From an uncultured Gemmatimonas sp. (lineage in GTDB: Bacteria; Gemmatimonadota; Gemmatimonadetes; Longimicrobiales; Longimicrobiaceae): a DNA stretch of 64,000 nt. Position 1 is the stretch's first letter. Each line of letters starts with the position of its first letter. This document shows, one piece after another, positions 27,306 to 37,662 of the stretch. Under the pieces are notes generated by a model that was given only the letters and a program-made list of their open reading frames with translations, made no database searches and had not been told where the DNA came from. A program made the position numbers and the translations under genes. The stretch is taken from positions 7,047-71,046 of the forward strand of contig CAYRLB010000001.1 of NCBI GenBank assembly GCA_964424945.1. Direction: 5' to 3'.

Positions 27306-28376
27306 ATGACGGTTCGCCCGCTTGTCGGACTTCTTTCCCTCTTTGCTGCTACGAGCGCGTGCGGCCAGTCACCCTCGCCTGCGCCCTCTCCGGCGTCGTC
27401 AGCGTCACTTCCGGCGCTGGACAGCGGCGCCGCGGCGGCGCGAGCGACTATCACGGCGGAGGATGCGTACAACAGGATCGCCCTTCTCTCGCATGACTCC
27501 CTCGCCGGCCGGGACACGCCAAGCGAGGGTCTGGAGACGGCGGCAGCCTATCTGGTCAGCGAACATGTGCGGTTCGGGCTCGAACCGGCAGGGCTCCAGG
27601 AGACGTTCTACCAGAGGTATCCCTTCGTTCCCCGCATCGTGCCGGTCGGAATGGTGCGGGAGCAGTCCTTCCCCCCGAACGTGGTTGCGCTGCTGCGGGG
27701 GAGCGATCCGGAGTTGCGGGATGAATACGTCGTCCTCAGTGCTCACTTCGATCATGTAGGCATCGGGATGCCGGTCGACGGCGATTCGATCTACAATGGC
27801 GCCGACGACAATGCTTCGGGGACGGCAGCGCTGCTCGAGGTTGCCGAAGCCCTCGCCGCTCTTCCGGAGGCGCCCCGACGCTCCGTGATCTTCCTGCACG
27901 TCAGCGGCGAAGAGCATGGGCTGATCGGCTCCCGTTATTACAGCGACAACCCGACAGTGCCGATTTCGCAGATCATCGCGAACATCAATGTGGATATGGT
28001 AGGTCGGAACTCCCCGGACAGCATTGTCGTCATCGGCAAGAATTACTCGTCGCTGGGTCCACTTTCCGAAAAGGTGGGGCGGGATCATCCCGAGATCGGG
28101 CTGGTCATTGCGGATGATATCTGGCCGGAGGAGCGCTTCTTCTACCGCTCGGATCACTACAACTTCGCGAGGCTGGAAATCCCATCGATCTTCATCTTTG
28201 CCGGCGTACACGAGGATTACCACGCCCCTAGCGATGAAGTCGAGAAGATCGATGCCGGCAAGGTGGCTCGTGTGGCGAAGCTCATCTTCCACACGGTTCT
28301 CGAGATCGCAAATGCGGATGACAGGCCGGAGTGGGATCGGCGGGGCCTGCAGGAAGTGCGGTCGATGACGCGATAG
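27306..28376 (+). CDS. M28-family aminopeptidase lipoprotein
   Basis: Lipobox 'LFAATSACG'. Metal-ligand motifs 'HFDHVG', 'GADDNASGTAALLE', 'SGEEHGLIGS'. Confidence 0.85.
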   Translation: MTVRPLVGLLSLFAATSACGQSPSPAPSPASSASLPALDSGAAAARATITAEDAYNRIALLSHDSLAGRDTPSEGLETAAAYLVSEHVRFGLEPAGLQETFYQRYPFVPRIVPVGMVREQSFPPNVVALLRGSDPELRDEYVVLSAHFDHVGIGMPVDGDSIYNGADDNASGTAALLEVAEALAALPEAPRRSVIFLHVSGEEHGLIGSRYYSDNPTVPISQIIANINVDMVGRNSPDSIVVIGKNYSSLGPLSEKVGRDHPEIGLVIADDIWPEERFFYRSDHYNFARLEIPSIFIFAGVHEDYHAPSDEVEKIDAGKVARVAKLIFHTVLEIANADDRPEWDRRGLQEVRSMTR

Positions 28377-28552
28377 GCGCGCTTCGCCGCTCGTCGGCGC
28401 CGCGGCGAGAGAGATGAGCCACCGAGGGTGGACAGTGATCCCCCGGGAATGCGAAGCGCCCCCAGCGCTACCGGCGCCTCGGGGAGAAGGAAACGACCCG
28501 GGCCCGACCGTCACCCTGACGCTCGGGCCCGCTGTTCTGTCGGGGCAGAATG

Positions 28553-29833
28553 TCAGAAGGTCTGATCGACCGAGGCCCCGAAAGTCCCGACCCACCCGCG
28601 CACGCGGATGTCGCCCTCCTTCCGCTGATATCGCGCGACTCCCAGGTCGAGCGGGCCGATGGAGAGCCCCCCGCCGAGGAGATTCGAGCCTTCATCGCCG
28701 AGAGCGACCCCGCCCCTGACCTGGAACAATCCCAACCCCTGCTCAGCGCCGAGGGACAGCCTCCGGTCCCACTGCTCACCGAGCCGACCGTCGGTCAGAA
28801 TCTGGTGATAGTCGGCCGCGAGGGTGGTTCGGCTGCGCGGGTTCCACGCAACGCCGGCACGGGCGACGGCAGGGGCGAACGCCTCATCATAGAGATCCCG
28901 CGCCGTCTCCAGGGTGTGCAGGCTGGCACTTCCGGGGTCGAGGTCGGCTTCGCTCGCGTGATAGATGTTGCGGAGCTGCCGGGGCCGGCCATTATCGATC
29001 AGCTCCCGGTCGAGGACGACGGTTCGCACCTTGATATCTTCCGACCAGGACATCGTGGCGAAGGCATTCGTGACCGCTCCGCTGATGGTGATGGCAGGCG
29101 TCGGCATGTAGGCCGCCCCGAAGTCCACGCCGAACCCCGTGCCGCCGCGGACGAGGGTGCCGATGTAGTCCACCTCGACATCCTGTGCTTCGAGATCGAC
29201 CCGCGGCTCGAACATCCGTGTGCGGACGAGGGTGCGTCCGCGGATGTAATGTCCGGTCACGCCGAGAGAAACGGGCCCGACGGACCGGCCGTAGGACGCT
29301 GCATAATCCCAGTAGGCGGCTCGCTCACCGGCAGTGTTCCCGACGGCGTAGTCGGTGCGCCCATCCTCGTACCCTTCGAGCAGAAGTTCCGCGAGATCCT
29401 GACTGATCGTGTGACTTCCGGTCGACACGAAGGCGACGCCGAAGCCGAATCCCCGGTTGGAGATCGTCGCGAGAGGGACCCGGAGGCTGTAATCGATCCT
29501 TCCGCCATCGGCGGGGATCGTGGCGAGAAGCTCCCGCTGTCGTGCCTCGGATACATCGTCGAAGTCGAGCATGTCGAGGAAGTCACCGAAGCCCGGCCCT
29601 CGCAGCGCCCCGCCGAATGCAACGTTCACCAGCGCAACCGACCAGCGGGGTGCCTCGGGAAGACCGAGGTTCGCGGGCGCGATGTAGACCGACTCAAAGC
29701 CACGCGCGATCCCCATGTACGCACCGCCCATCCCCAGCTCCCGCGGCGCGGAGGAAACCTGCGCCGCGGCCGGTCCGATTCCTGTCATCGCCAGCCCTGC
29801 CACCATCAGGCCGGCCGAAACAAAGCGTCTCAT
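28553..29833 (-). CDS. Putative outer-membrane beta-barrel protein
   Basis: Signal peptide 'MRRFVSAGLMVAGLAMTGIGPAAAQ', alternating beta-strand pattern, C-terminal '...SVDQTF' (terminal Phe). ATGA overlap with the upstream lipoprotein gene. Confidence 0.6.
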   Translation of the reverse strand: MRRFVSAGLMVAGLAMTGIGPAAAQVSSAPRELGMGGAYMGIARGFESVYIAPANLGLPEAPRWSVALVNVAFGGALRGPGFGDFLDMLDFDDVSEARQRELLATIPADGGRIDYSLRVPLATISNRGFGFGVAFVSTGSHTISQDLAELLLEGYEDGRTDYAVGNTAGERAAYWDYAASYGRSVGPVSLGVTGHYIRGRTLVRTRMFEPRVDLEAQDVEVDYIGTLVRGGTGFGVDFGAAYMPTPAITISGAVTNAFATMSWSEDIKVRTVVLDRELIDNGRPRQLRNIYHASEADLDPGSASLHTLETARDLYDEAFAPAVARAGVAWNPRSRTTLAADYHQILTDGRLGEQWDRRLSLGAEQGLGLFQVRGGVALGDEGSNLLGGGLSIGPLDLGVARYQRKEGDIRVRGWVGTFGASVDQTF

Positions 29834-30882
29834 TCGAAAAGTGTTATCGGGAAGGTGAAGGATACGATGGCGGTCTCCCGTACACCCCCCGTAACCCTGA
29901 TCTCGAAGGCGCGTTGAACCGAGATCGTACCCGTCGAGCCGGAGAGAGGAATACTCAACGTGGCGATCTCCTCCGTCGCATCGCCGACGCCGTAGCCGGA
30001 CCCGCCGATCCAGTGTCGCACGTTCGTCAGCTGGATCTCGTCGTCCGTCTGGATGACTTCCGTCAGGGGTGTGGGCTCGAGGAGAGCGGTCACCTCGATC
30101 GACTCGGAGGTCTGCTGCGATCCGAGAAGGATGCGCATCGTGGCTCGGGCGTTGATCGACCCGGTCACACTTTCCTCTCCGATTCTGAGCGTGCCGGAAA
30201 AGTGCGGATAGAGAAGAGCCGAGGCGCTGACCATGCGGAGCAGATTGCCCGAGGCCCGCGCTGACACGCCGCCGCAGCGATTCGCCGCATCCCCGCAATC
30301 GACCGCGATACTGTCGATCGTGACGCCGACGAAAGCCGGCAGTGACAGAGCTGCCGATCTGGACAGGCTCAACCCCTCCTGGACCGGGAAAATCGCCTCC
30401 GGCGGCGGGATCACCGCCACGAAGGTGCCGAGCCCGTCGACCCCGTTCCAGACGACGCCGGTGGAGAGGTCGACACGACCGCCGGGATACTCGACGAAGC
30501 CGCCACCCGTGGTTCCCACGATGGACGCCATCCAGGCGAGAGCCGGGTCCGCCGTTTCGGCGAGACGGATCTCCAGTTGCGCCGCGCGCCCGAGCGGCGA
30601 ACCGGACGATTCAATGGAGAATGCCGACGACGTGGGCGATCCCGGTACCCCCGCGGGTGCCTGAACCTGTCCCAGCGTGACCGTCGTCGGGCCGCTGAAA
30701 GCGCCTGCCGGAACCGTGAGCGACACCCCCGCCGGAGAGCTGATCGTTCCCCCATCTGCCGTGATGGTTCGGATCGTCTCCCCCTCGACCTCGAAGGGGA
30801 GATTCTGTGACGTCTGATCGCATGCCGCCAAGGACGCCAGCAGGCCGAGCCAGGCCACTGATTTCAGCGTTGGTTGTTCCAT
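29830..30882 (-). CDS. Hypothetical lipoprotein
   Basis: Lipobox 'LLASLAACD' after the Met at 30882. No recognisable domain. Confidence 0.5.
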   Translation of the reverse strand: MEQPTLKSVAWLGLLASLAACDQTSQNLPFEVEGETIRTITADGGTISSPAGVSLTVPAGAFSGPTTVTLGQVQAPAGVPGSPTSSAFSIESSGSPLGRAAQLEIRLAETADPALAWMASIVGTTGGGFVEYPGGRVDLSTGVVWNGVDGLGTFVAVIPPPEAIFPVQEGLSLSRSAALSLPAFVGVTIDSIAVDCGDAANRCGGVSARASGNLLRMVSASALLYPHFSGTLRIGEESVTGSINARATMRILLGSQQTSESIEVTALLEPTPLTEVIQTDDEIQLTNVRHWIGGSGYGVGDATEEIATLSIPLSGSTGTISVQRAFEIRVTGGVRETAIVSFTFPITLFE

Positions 30883-31050
30883 GGTTGGGGATCCACTGGT
30901 AAAGAAGGCCGCCCCTTCGCGACTCTTGCAAGTTAAGGTACTTCCGGAAATCGGTGGGAATGGTGACATCCGTACTACCGACCCGAAAGGGCAGCGGCTA
31001 TCTTCCTCCATCTGTCCACGGCACTACTTCGCATTAAGGATACGTCGGCC

Positions 31051-32850
31051 TTGCGCATCGAGAACATCCGCAACTTCTGTATCGTCGCTCATATCGATCA
31101 CGGCAAATCGACCCTGGCCGACCGGCTGATCGAGGTGACCGGCACCCTGCAGGCCCGCGAGATGAAGGCGCAGGTCACCGATTCGATGGATCTGGAGCGC
31201 GAGCGGGGCATCACCATCAAGCTCAACGCCGTCCGCATGGGCTACAATGCAGCGGATGGAAAAACATATGAGCTGAACCTCATCGACACCCCCGGGCACG
31301 TGGACTTCACCTACGAGGTGTCCCGGTCGCTCGCCGCGTGCGAGGGTGCGGTGCTCGTGGTGGATGCCTCGCAGGGGGTGCAGGCCCAGACGCTCTCGAA
31401 CCTCTTCCTGGCGATGGAGGCTGGTCTGGAGGTCATCCCCATCCTCAACAAGATCGATCTTCCGGGGGCGGAGCCTGAGCGACGGCGTGATGAGATCGTC
31501 GATCTTCTCGGGGTCGACCCGTCGGATGTCCTCTTCGTATCGGCGAAGTCGGGGCTCGGCATTCCCGATCTTCTCGAGTCGATCGTGAAGAAGGTGCCGC
31601 CACCTACCGGGGATCCGGACGGTCCGGCGCGGGCGCTTATTTTCGACTCGTATTACGACAAATACCGCGGCGCCATTCCGAGCATCCGTGTCGTCGACGG
31701 AACCTTCCGGAAGGGGACGCGGATCGCCTTCGGAGCGAGCGACGCCGAGTACGAGATCGACGAAGTGGGCTATCTGCAGATCGGGTACTTCCCCGTGGAT
31801 GCGCTCGGCCCCGGCCAGGTCGGCTACATCAATGCCGCGATCCGGAAGGTCGGCGATACCAAGGTGGGCGACACAATCTTCGATGCGGACGACCGAGCGA
31901 CGGAGCTGCTGCCCGGCTATCAGGAGGTCAAGCCGATGGTCTTCGCCGGGCTCTACCCGACGGATACCGAGCAGTACGAGGAGCTTCGTGACGCGCTGGA
32001 GAAGCTGAAGCTCAACGACGCCTCCCTCTTCTACGAGCCGGAAACGTCGACGGCGCTGGGATTCGGCTTCCGATGCGGCTTCCTCGGTCTTCTCCACATG
32101 GAGATCATCCAGGAGCGGCTGGAGCGTGAATTCAATCTCGACCTCATCTCAACCGTCCCGAACGTCGAGTACCGGCTGGTGATGACGAATGGGGAGGTGC
32201 AGCTCCTCGAGAACCCGTCGGCCCTTCCGGACCGGACAAAGATCGACGCGATCGAGGAACCGTATGTGCGGGCGCGTATTCTCGTTCCGGCCGACTACAT
32301 CGGCGGCGTTCAGAAGCTGGCGCACGAGCGGCGTGGCGAATTCAAGGGCATGAGCTACCTCGATCCGACGCGCGTGGAGTTCACCTACGACCTCCCGCTC
32401 GCCGAGATCGTGCTCGACTTCTACGACCGTCTCAAGTCGACCACCAGAGGGTATGCATCCTTCGACTACGAGCTCCTCGAGTACAGAGCGAACCGCCTCG
32501 TCAAGCTCGACATGCTCATCAATGGCGACCAGATCGACGCCTTCTCCGTCATCATCCATGAGGACAAGGCGTACGAGTACGGGCGCTCAGTGGCGGAGAA
32601 ATTGAAGGAGCTCATTCCCCGTCAGCAGTTCGAAGTCGCCATTCAGGCGGCGATCGGCAACAAGATCATCTCGCGCGAATCGGTGAAGGCGCTCCGGAAG
32701 AACGTCACGGCAAAGTGTTATGGCGGCGATATTTCGCGGAAGCGGAAGCTCCTGGAGAAGCAGCGGGAAGGAAAGAAGCGGATGAAGCAGGTGGGGAGTG
32801 TGGAAATCCCCCAGGAAGCGTTCCTCGCCGTTCTCAGGATCGCTGACTGA
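31051..32850 (+). CDS. lepA: Elongation factor 4
   Basis: '[21 protein letters not shown]', 'DTPGHVDF', 'NKID', and the LepA-specific C-terminal domain. TTG start. Confidence 0.95.
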   Translation: MRIENIRNFCIVAHIDHGKSTLADRLIEVTGTLQAREMKAQVTDSMDLERERGITIKLNAVRMGYNAADGKTYELNLIDTPGHVDFTYEVSRSLAACEGAVLVVDASQGVQAQTLSNLFLAMEAGLEVIPILNKIDLPGAEPERRRDEIVDLLGVDPSDVLFVSAKSGLGIPDLLESIVKKVPPPTGDPDGPARALIFDSYYDKYRGAIPSIRVVDGTFRKGTRIAFGASDAEYEIDEVGYLQIGYFPVDALGPGQVGYINAAIRKVGDTKVGDTIFDADDRATELLPGYQEVKPMVFAGLYPTDTEQYEELRDALEKLKLNDASLFYEPETSTALGFGFRCGFLGLLHMEIIQERLEREFNLDLISTVPNVEYRLVMTNGEVQLLENPSALPDRTKIDAIEEPYVRARILVPADYIGGVQKLAHERRGEFKGMSYLDPTRVEFTYDLPLAEIVLDFYDRLKSTTRGYASFDYELLEYRANRLVKLDMLINGDQIDAFSVIIHEDKAYEYGRSVAEKLKELIPRQQFEVAIQAAIGNKIISRESVKALRKNVTAKCYGGDISRKRKLLEKQREGKKRMKQVGSVEIPQEAFLAVLRIAD

Positions 32851-32939
32851 TTTCTACCCGACGATTCATCCGGTACCTTCCCCGCTGACGCTGATTCGCG
32901 ACAGGCCGGCCTCTGGTCGTGCCGCTGAAAGAGAGAAAA

Positions 32940-33941
32940 ATGGCAAAATCGCGGAAACGATGGATCGTCGGTGTGGACCTCGGCGGCACGAACATCGTCG
33001 TCGGGCTTCTCCCGATCGAGGGGGGCGATGTGCTGGGGCTGCGAGTCCTTCCGACGGATTCCTACAAGGGCCCCAAATTCGTCGTCGACCGGATCATCGA
33101 GATGGTGGAAGGCGCGATCGCGGAGGTTCTCGCCGAGCATGGCGGGACCCGGGAGCAGATCGCGGGCGTCGGCATCGGCTCTCCGGGTCCGCTCGATACG
33201 AAGGCCGGCGTCGTCATCAACACGCCGAACCTCGGCTGGCGCAACTTCCCTCTCCGCGACCTCATCGCGAACGCAGTCCATCTTCCTGCAACGCTCGACA
33301 ACGATGCGAACTGCGCCACCTACGGCGAATGGTGGCTCGGCGCAGGGAAGAGTTCCGTCGATACGCTCGTCGGCCTCACCCTCGGCACCGGGATCGGCGG
33401 CGGCATCGTCCTCGGCGGGCAGATCTATCACGGTGCCTCCGACGTGGCCGGCGAGATCGGGCACATGACGATCGACTCGAATGGCCGCCGGTGCAAATGC
33501 GGAAACTACGGCTGCCTGGAAGCGTATGCATCCGGCCCGGCCATCGCCCTGCGCGCGGTCGAAGGAATCGAGGCCGGGGTCGAGACGGTGCTGTCGGAGA
33601 TGGTCAGTGGCAAGCTCGAGGATGTCACGGCCGCGACGGTCTACGAAGGGGTCGTTGCGGGCGATCCCTACGCGACGGAAGTCATGAAGGACACCGCGAG
33701 GTTCCTCGGAGCGGGGATCGCCAACCTCATCAACATCCTCAACCCGCAGATGATCGTCATCGCGGGAGGCGTCACCCGTGCGGGAGACCATCTCTTCATG
33801 CCATTGAAGGCTGAAGTCCGCCGCCGTGCGTTCAAATCGGCGGAGGAGGTCTGCCAGATCGTCTCGGGTGAGCTGCCGGGCACGGCCGGCGTGGTCGGGG
33901 CTGCGGCGGTCTTCAAGAAGGAAAAGTTCGGGAAGGTCTGA
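32940..33941 (+). CDS. ROK-family glucokinase
   Basis: 'VGVDLGGTNIVVG' and ROK zinc motif 'CKCGNYGCLEAYASG'. Confidence 0.85.
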   Translation: MAKSRKRWIVGVDLGGTNIVVGLLPIEGGDVLGLRVLPTDSYKGPKFVVDRIIEMVEGAIAEVLAEHGGTREQIAGVGIGSPGPLDTKAGVVINTPNLGWRNFPLRDLIANAVHLPATLDNDANCATYGEWWLGAGKSSVDTLVGLTLGTGIGGGIVLGGQIYHGASDVAGEIGHMTIDSNGRRCKCGNYGCLEAYASGPAIALRAVEGIEAGVETVLSEMVSGKLEDVTAATVYEGVVAGDPYATEVMKDTARFLGAGIANLINILNPQMIVIAGGVTRAGDHLFMPLKAEVRRRAFKSAEEVCQIVSGELPGTAGVVGAAAVFKKEKFGKV

Positions 33942-34005
33942 TGTCGCCGATGGACCCGCGGAGGTGCCCGTCCCACCAGCCAGCTTCATATCTCCGTGCC
34001 GCCGC

Positions 34006-34941
34006 ATGAAGCGCGTCGGCGTTCTGGGGACCTTCGTCTGGGATACGATCCACCACCCGGGCCGAGCAGATGATCCGCCGCTCCAGCAGTGGGGCGGGAT
34101 CTCCTATTCGCTGAGCGCCTTCGCCGCTGCGTGCCCGCCGGGTTGGTGCGTGGTGCCGATCGCGCGGCTCGGGGCAGACCTGGCAGGGCAGGGTACACGA
34201 TTCGTTTCCGGTCTCCCTAACGGCTGCCAGAATCACTCCCTCCGCATCGTTCCCGAGCCGAACAACCGCGTCGAACTGCATTACTACGATGATGCGGAGC
34301 GAACGGAACGCCTCTCCGGCGGGGTCGAACCCTGGATCTTCGACGATCTGGAACCTCTTCTCCCGAGCCTCGACGCTCTTTTCATCAACTATATCTCCGG
34401 TTTCGAACTCGATCTGGAGACCGCCGAGCGAGTTCGCCGGGCCTTCGAGCGGCCCATCTACGCGGACCTTCATTCGCTCTGTCTCGGCCCACCGGGCGAG
34501 GGACCACGCAAGCCGCGGCGCCTTCAGGATGGCGACCGCTGGGCGCGGACCGCGGACTACATCCAGGTGAATGAGTCCGAGCTGGAGCTCGTGGGCGGAA
34601 TCGATGCTACCCTGCACGCGCTCAAGCCGACCGGGGGTACGCTGCTGGTGACGCGCGGGGAGGCGGGTGCCTCCTACTGGTCGCCGGGGGTCCCGGCCAC
34701 GGGCGGGCAGATGTGCCATGTCGCTCCGGTTGGCGCAGCACGACGCGGGGATCCGACGGGTTGCGGTGATGTCTGGGGGGCGGTCACCTTCTGCGGCATT
34801 CTGGAGGGGCGTCCGGTTGAGGAAGCCATCCGAAGGGGGAACCGCGCGGCAGCGGCGAAGCTGGAGCACCCCCGGATGGATGGTCTCGTCGGAGTGCTCG
34901 AACGATCGCTTGCTGCCGAGGACGGAGGTGCGTGCCGATGA
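34006..34941 (+). CDS. PfkB-family carbohydrate kinase
   Basis: C-terminal PfkB signature 'DPTGCGDVWGA'. Start at 'MKRVGVLGTF'. Confidence 0.8.
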   Translation: MKRVGVLGTFVWDTIHHPGRADDPPLQQWGGISYSLSAFAAACPPGWCVVPIARLGADLAGQGTRFVSGLPNGCQNHSLRIVPEPNNRVELHYYDDAERTERLSGGVEPWIFDDLEPLLPSLDALFINYISGFELDLETAERVRRAFERPIYADLHSLCLGPPGEGPRKPRRLQDGDRWARTADYIQVNESELELVGGIDATLHALKPTGGTLLVTRGEAGASYWSPGVPATGGQMCHVAPVGAARRGDPTGCGDVWGAVTFCGILEGRPVEEAIRRGNRAAAAKLEHPRMDGLVGVLERSLAAEDGGACR

Positions 34942-35405
34942 GTGGGGAACGATTCAGGCTTCGGGAGAGTGTTTCGATCCGGCGCTCGGGCATCCATGGA
35001 AAGGGTGTTTTCGCCCGGAAGCACATCCCGGAAGGCACGCGGATCGTGGAGTACCGGGGCGAGCGGATTACGACCGCGGAGGCCGATGCCCGCTATCCGG
35101 ACGACCCGACAGTTCCTTACCACACCTTCCTCTTTGCGCTCGACGACGACTGGGTAGTCGACGCCGCATACGGTGGAAATCTCGCGCGCTGGGTGAACCA
35201 CTCCTGCGATCCGAACTGCGAGGTAGTGATCGAGGATGGCCGGCTCTTCATCGAGAGCGTGCGGGATATCGAACCGGGGGAGGAGCTGGCCTACGACTAC
35301 AATTTCATCCTCCCCGTCCGACATTCACCCGCGATGAAGAAAAGGTACCCGTGCGAGTGCGGAGCACCTTCGTGCCGGGGAACGATGCTCGGCCGAAAGC
35401 GCTAG
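34938..35405 (+). CDS. SET-domain protein (putative protein-lysine methyltransferase)
   Basis: 'NHSCDPNC', 'GEELAYDY', post-SET Cys cluster 'CECGAPSCRG'. Its ATG overlaps the kinase TGA (ATGA). Confidence 0.85.
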   Translation: MSGERFRLRESVSIRRSGIHGKGVFARKHIPEGTRIVEYRGERITTAEADARYPDDPTVPYHTFLFALDDDWVVDAAYGGNLARWVNHSCDPNCEVVIEDGRLFIESVRDIEPGEELAYDYNFILPVRHSPAMKKRYPCECGAPSCRGTMLGRKR

Positions 35406-35471
35406 CGATCCGCGATCGCTGTCTCGACCTGTCCTTGCGAGGGTGCGTCCGGAGATCGTCGCCGCCGGACC

Positions 35472-36467
35472 TTACTGCTCCCTGCCGATGACCTGCACGA
35501 TGGGGCCGTTGTCCCGCACGACCGGATCGAGACTCATCAGGTAGCGATAGAGCGCCCTGAGATCCGTCTCCGTCATCCGCATATAGTTGCCCCACGGCAT
35601 CGGTGAGTCGGGAATCGTCGCACCAGCCGCCATGCGCGCTACGAAGGCATCTTCCGACCAGCCCGCGATGTGCCCCGTCGCGCCGTCAGGCGTCAGATTG
35701 GGTGCGACGTAGATGGTGCCCGGCTGCAGACGCGAGCCAAAGGTCAGACCTCCCGAGAAGCGAGGCCCCAGGTATTCCCCTGTACGGAGATCTCGCGGCG
35801 TATGGCACGAGCCGCAGCGCCCGAGGACGTTCGCGAGATAGCCGCCATACGTCGCCGTGGCCTCGGAAGGGTGCTCCGCAGGCGGCGGGGCGGCTGGGCC
35901 GAAGGGGCGGATGAAGTAGGCGAGGGTCAACTTCCCGAAGATGTTGATGTCCTTCCTGGGCGGTGCTCCCGTCTGCGGGGGCAGCGTTCGCAGATAGGAC
36001 AGGATCGCCACGAGATCCGCCTCGGCCATATCTGCAAAGGCGTCCTTGAAGGGGAGAGCGACCTGACCATCCCTATCGACGCCGGTTCGGAGGTTTCGGG
36101 CGATCTGTCCATCGCTCAGCTTCCCGATTCCCGTCAGGGTGTCGGAGGTGAGATTCGGTGCCACCCAGGTTCCGAGCCATGTCGCCTCCTCCGTCCCACC
36201 GGTAAGCGCGACGATGGCACCGCCGAAAAGCTCGTCCCGCGCCGATGGTGGCGCGTGGCAGTCGGAGCAGTGCGCGGGGCCGTGAACGAGATACTCCCCG
36301 CGGGCGATCACTGCCGGGTCGGACGACGCCACGGTTGATGGAAGTGCAATCTCCCAGGAGCGATCGTAGCGGATCATCGCATAGACGACGGCTCCTGCCC
36401 CGATGAGGAGAAGGACAGCCGCGAGCAGACCGGCGCCGAGCAGAACGCGTTGGAGGGCGCGATTCAT
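35472..36467 (-). CDS. Membrane-anchored dihaem c-type cytochrome
   Basis: N-terminal TM helix and two CxxCH motifs ('CSDCH', 'CGSCH'). Confidence 0.8.
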   Translation of the reverse strand: MNRALQRVLLGAGLLAAVLLLIGAGAVVYAMIRYDRSWEIALPSTVASSDPAVIARGEYLVHGPAHCSDCHAPPSARDELFGGAIVALTGGTEEATWLGTWVAPNLTSDTLTGIGKLSDGQIARNLRTGVDRDGQVALPFKDAFADMAEADLVAILSYLRTLPPQTGAPPRKDINIFGKLTLAYFIRPFGPAAPPPAEHPSEATATYGGYLANVLGRCGSCHTPRDLRTGEYLGPRFSGGLTFGSRLQPGTIYVAPNLTPDGATGHIAGWSEDAFVARMAAGATIPDSPMPWGNYMRMTETDLRALYRYLMSLDPVVRDNGPIVQVIGREQ

Positions 36468-36895
36468 CGGGAGGAGGATCTGCGGTTGGGTGCGGTCGAT
36501 GGGGACATGTAGCGGCTCACTATGCGGGGACGTTCAGTTGAATCGGCATTCTCCTTGAAGCCGGCAGCTGCAGATCGGCACGGGCAAGTTAGGAGGGGGG
36601 CGGAAGCCGGGCAAATCGGGGAAAGCATGCTTTTCAAGCGGCGACGGGACAATATCTTAACCGGTGAGAGATCCTTGCAGGTGAGTTAAGGGCGTCCTGC
36701 TCCAGTCCGGTGAGGACTCCCTTAGCGCCATGGAGCCCATTTGTGCGTAAAACGATGTGCTGGAGTCCGGTCGGCGGCCCGGCTGCCCACCGGAACCCAA
36801 AGCTGTCTCCGGTCGCGGCGCCGATTGTGCCCAACATCCTCTCGTCATAAGTCTCACGTCGGGCTTCGTGTTTCACAGGCCAAACCACCTCTTCC

Positions 36896-37369
36896 ATGCG
36901 AGCCATGTCCGAACCACCGCAGATCGTCGACGTGCCCGCACAGAATACCGCGTGCATCCGCCTTACCATTCCTCCTTCCGCGATGCAGAAGGAGATGGGG
37001 CCTGCCATTGCGGAGCTCTATGCATCGCTGAAGGAGCAGTCGGTCGCGCCGGAAGGCCCGCTCTTCGCGCACTATCTTCGGTTTGATCCTGTGACCTTCG
37101 ACTTCGAGGTCGGCGTTCCGGTAGCGGTGCCTGTCTCGGAAAGCGGGCGTCTCCGACCGGGGCACATTCCCGCTTCCCGAGTCGCCCGCACGGTCTACTC
37201 GGGTCCCTACGAAGGCCTGCAGAGCGCCTGGGGTGACCTGAGCGATTGGATCCGATCGCAGGGCCTGACCATCGGTCCGAATTTCTGGGAGGTGTACCTC
37301 CAGGGTCCCGAGTCGGGAGACGATCCGAGGCAGTGGCGGACGGAGCTGAACCGTACGCTCGTGGCGTGA
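36896..37369 (+). CDS. GyrI-like small-molecule-binding domain protein
   Basis: About 155 aa. 'GPLFAHY...GPYEGLQSAWGDLSDWIRSQGL...WEVYL...P..W.TEL' pattern of the GyrI/SbmC-like effector-binding fold. Confidence 0.65.
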   Translation: MRAMSEPPQIVDVPAQNTACIRLTIPPSAMQKEMGPAIAELYASLKEQSVAPEGPLFAHYLRFDPVTFDFEVGVPVAVPVSESGRLRPGHIPASRVARTVYSGPYEGLQSAWGDLSDWIRSQGLTIGPNFWEVYLQGPESGDDPRQWRTELNRTLVA

Positions 37370-37662
37370 CATGGCCGCTGGGGGAAGGCACAAGGAGATC
37401 GGCGGCCACCAACTCGTCCCTGGCCGGCGTTCACTCGATCTGAATCGTCTCTTCTCACCCGAGGTGCGGGTTGACGGCCGACAGCAACCGGCTGCCCATA
37501 TTCGGGCGACGATCGGCTCTCGAGCCGTGCGATTGCCGACGCGGCTGCGTTCACGTACGCTGTGGGGAATTTCCACCCGGCTTCAGGCTCCGGCAGGCGC
37601 GCATTTTCCGTCAACCGGATCCCCGAAGCTGGATCTATTCCCCGTCGTAGTTCTCTGCGAGT

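Noticed and set aside
27405-28595. 396-aa minus-strand ORF
   Set aside because: Antisense to the M28 peptidase, which has its metal-ligand motifs intact.
28550-29917. 455-aa plus-strand ORF opposite the beta-barrel gene
   Set aside because: The minus-strand product has a signal peptide, beta-strand periodicity, a terminal Phe and an ATGA link to the upstream lipoprotein gene. The plus-strand product has none of these.
31024-32097. 357-aa minus-strand ORF
   Set aside because: Antisense to lepA.
32718-34007. 429-aa minus-strand ORF
   Set aside because: Antisense to the lepA end and the ROK glucokinase gene, which carry clear motifs. Its sequence is Arg/Asp-rich.
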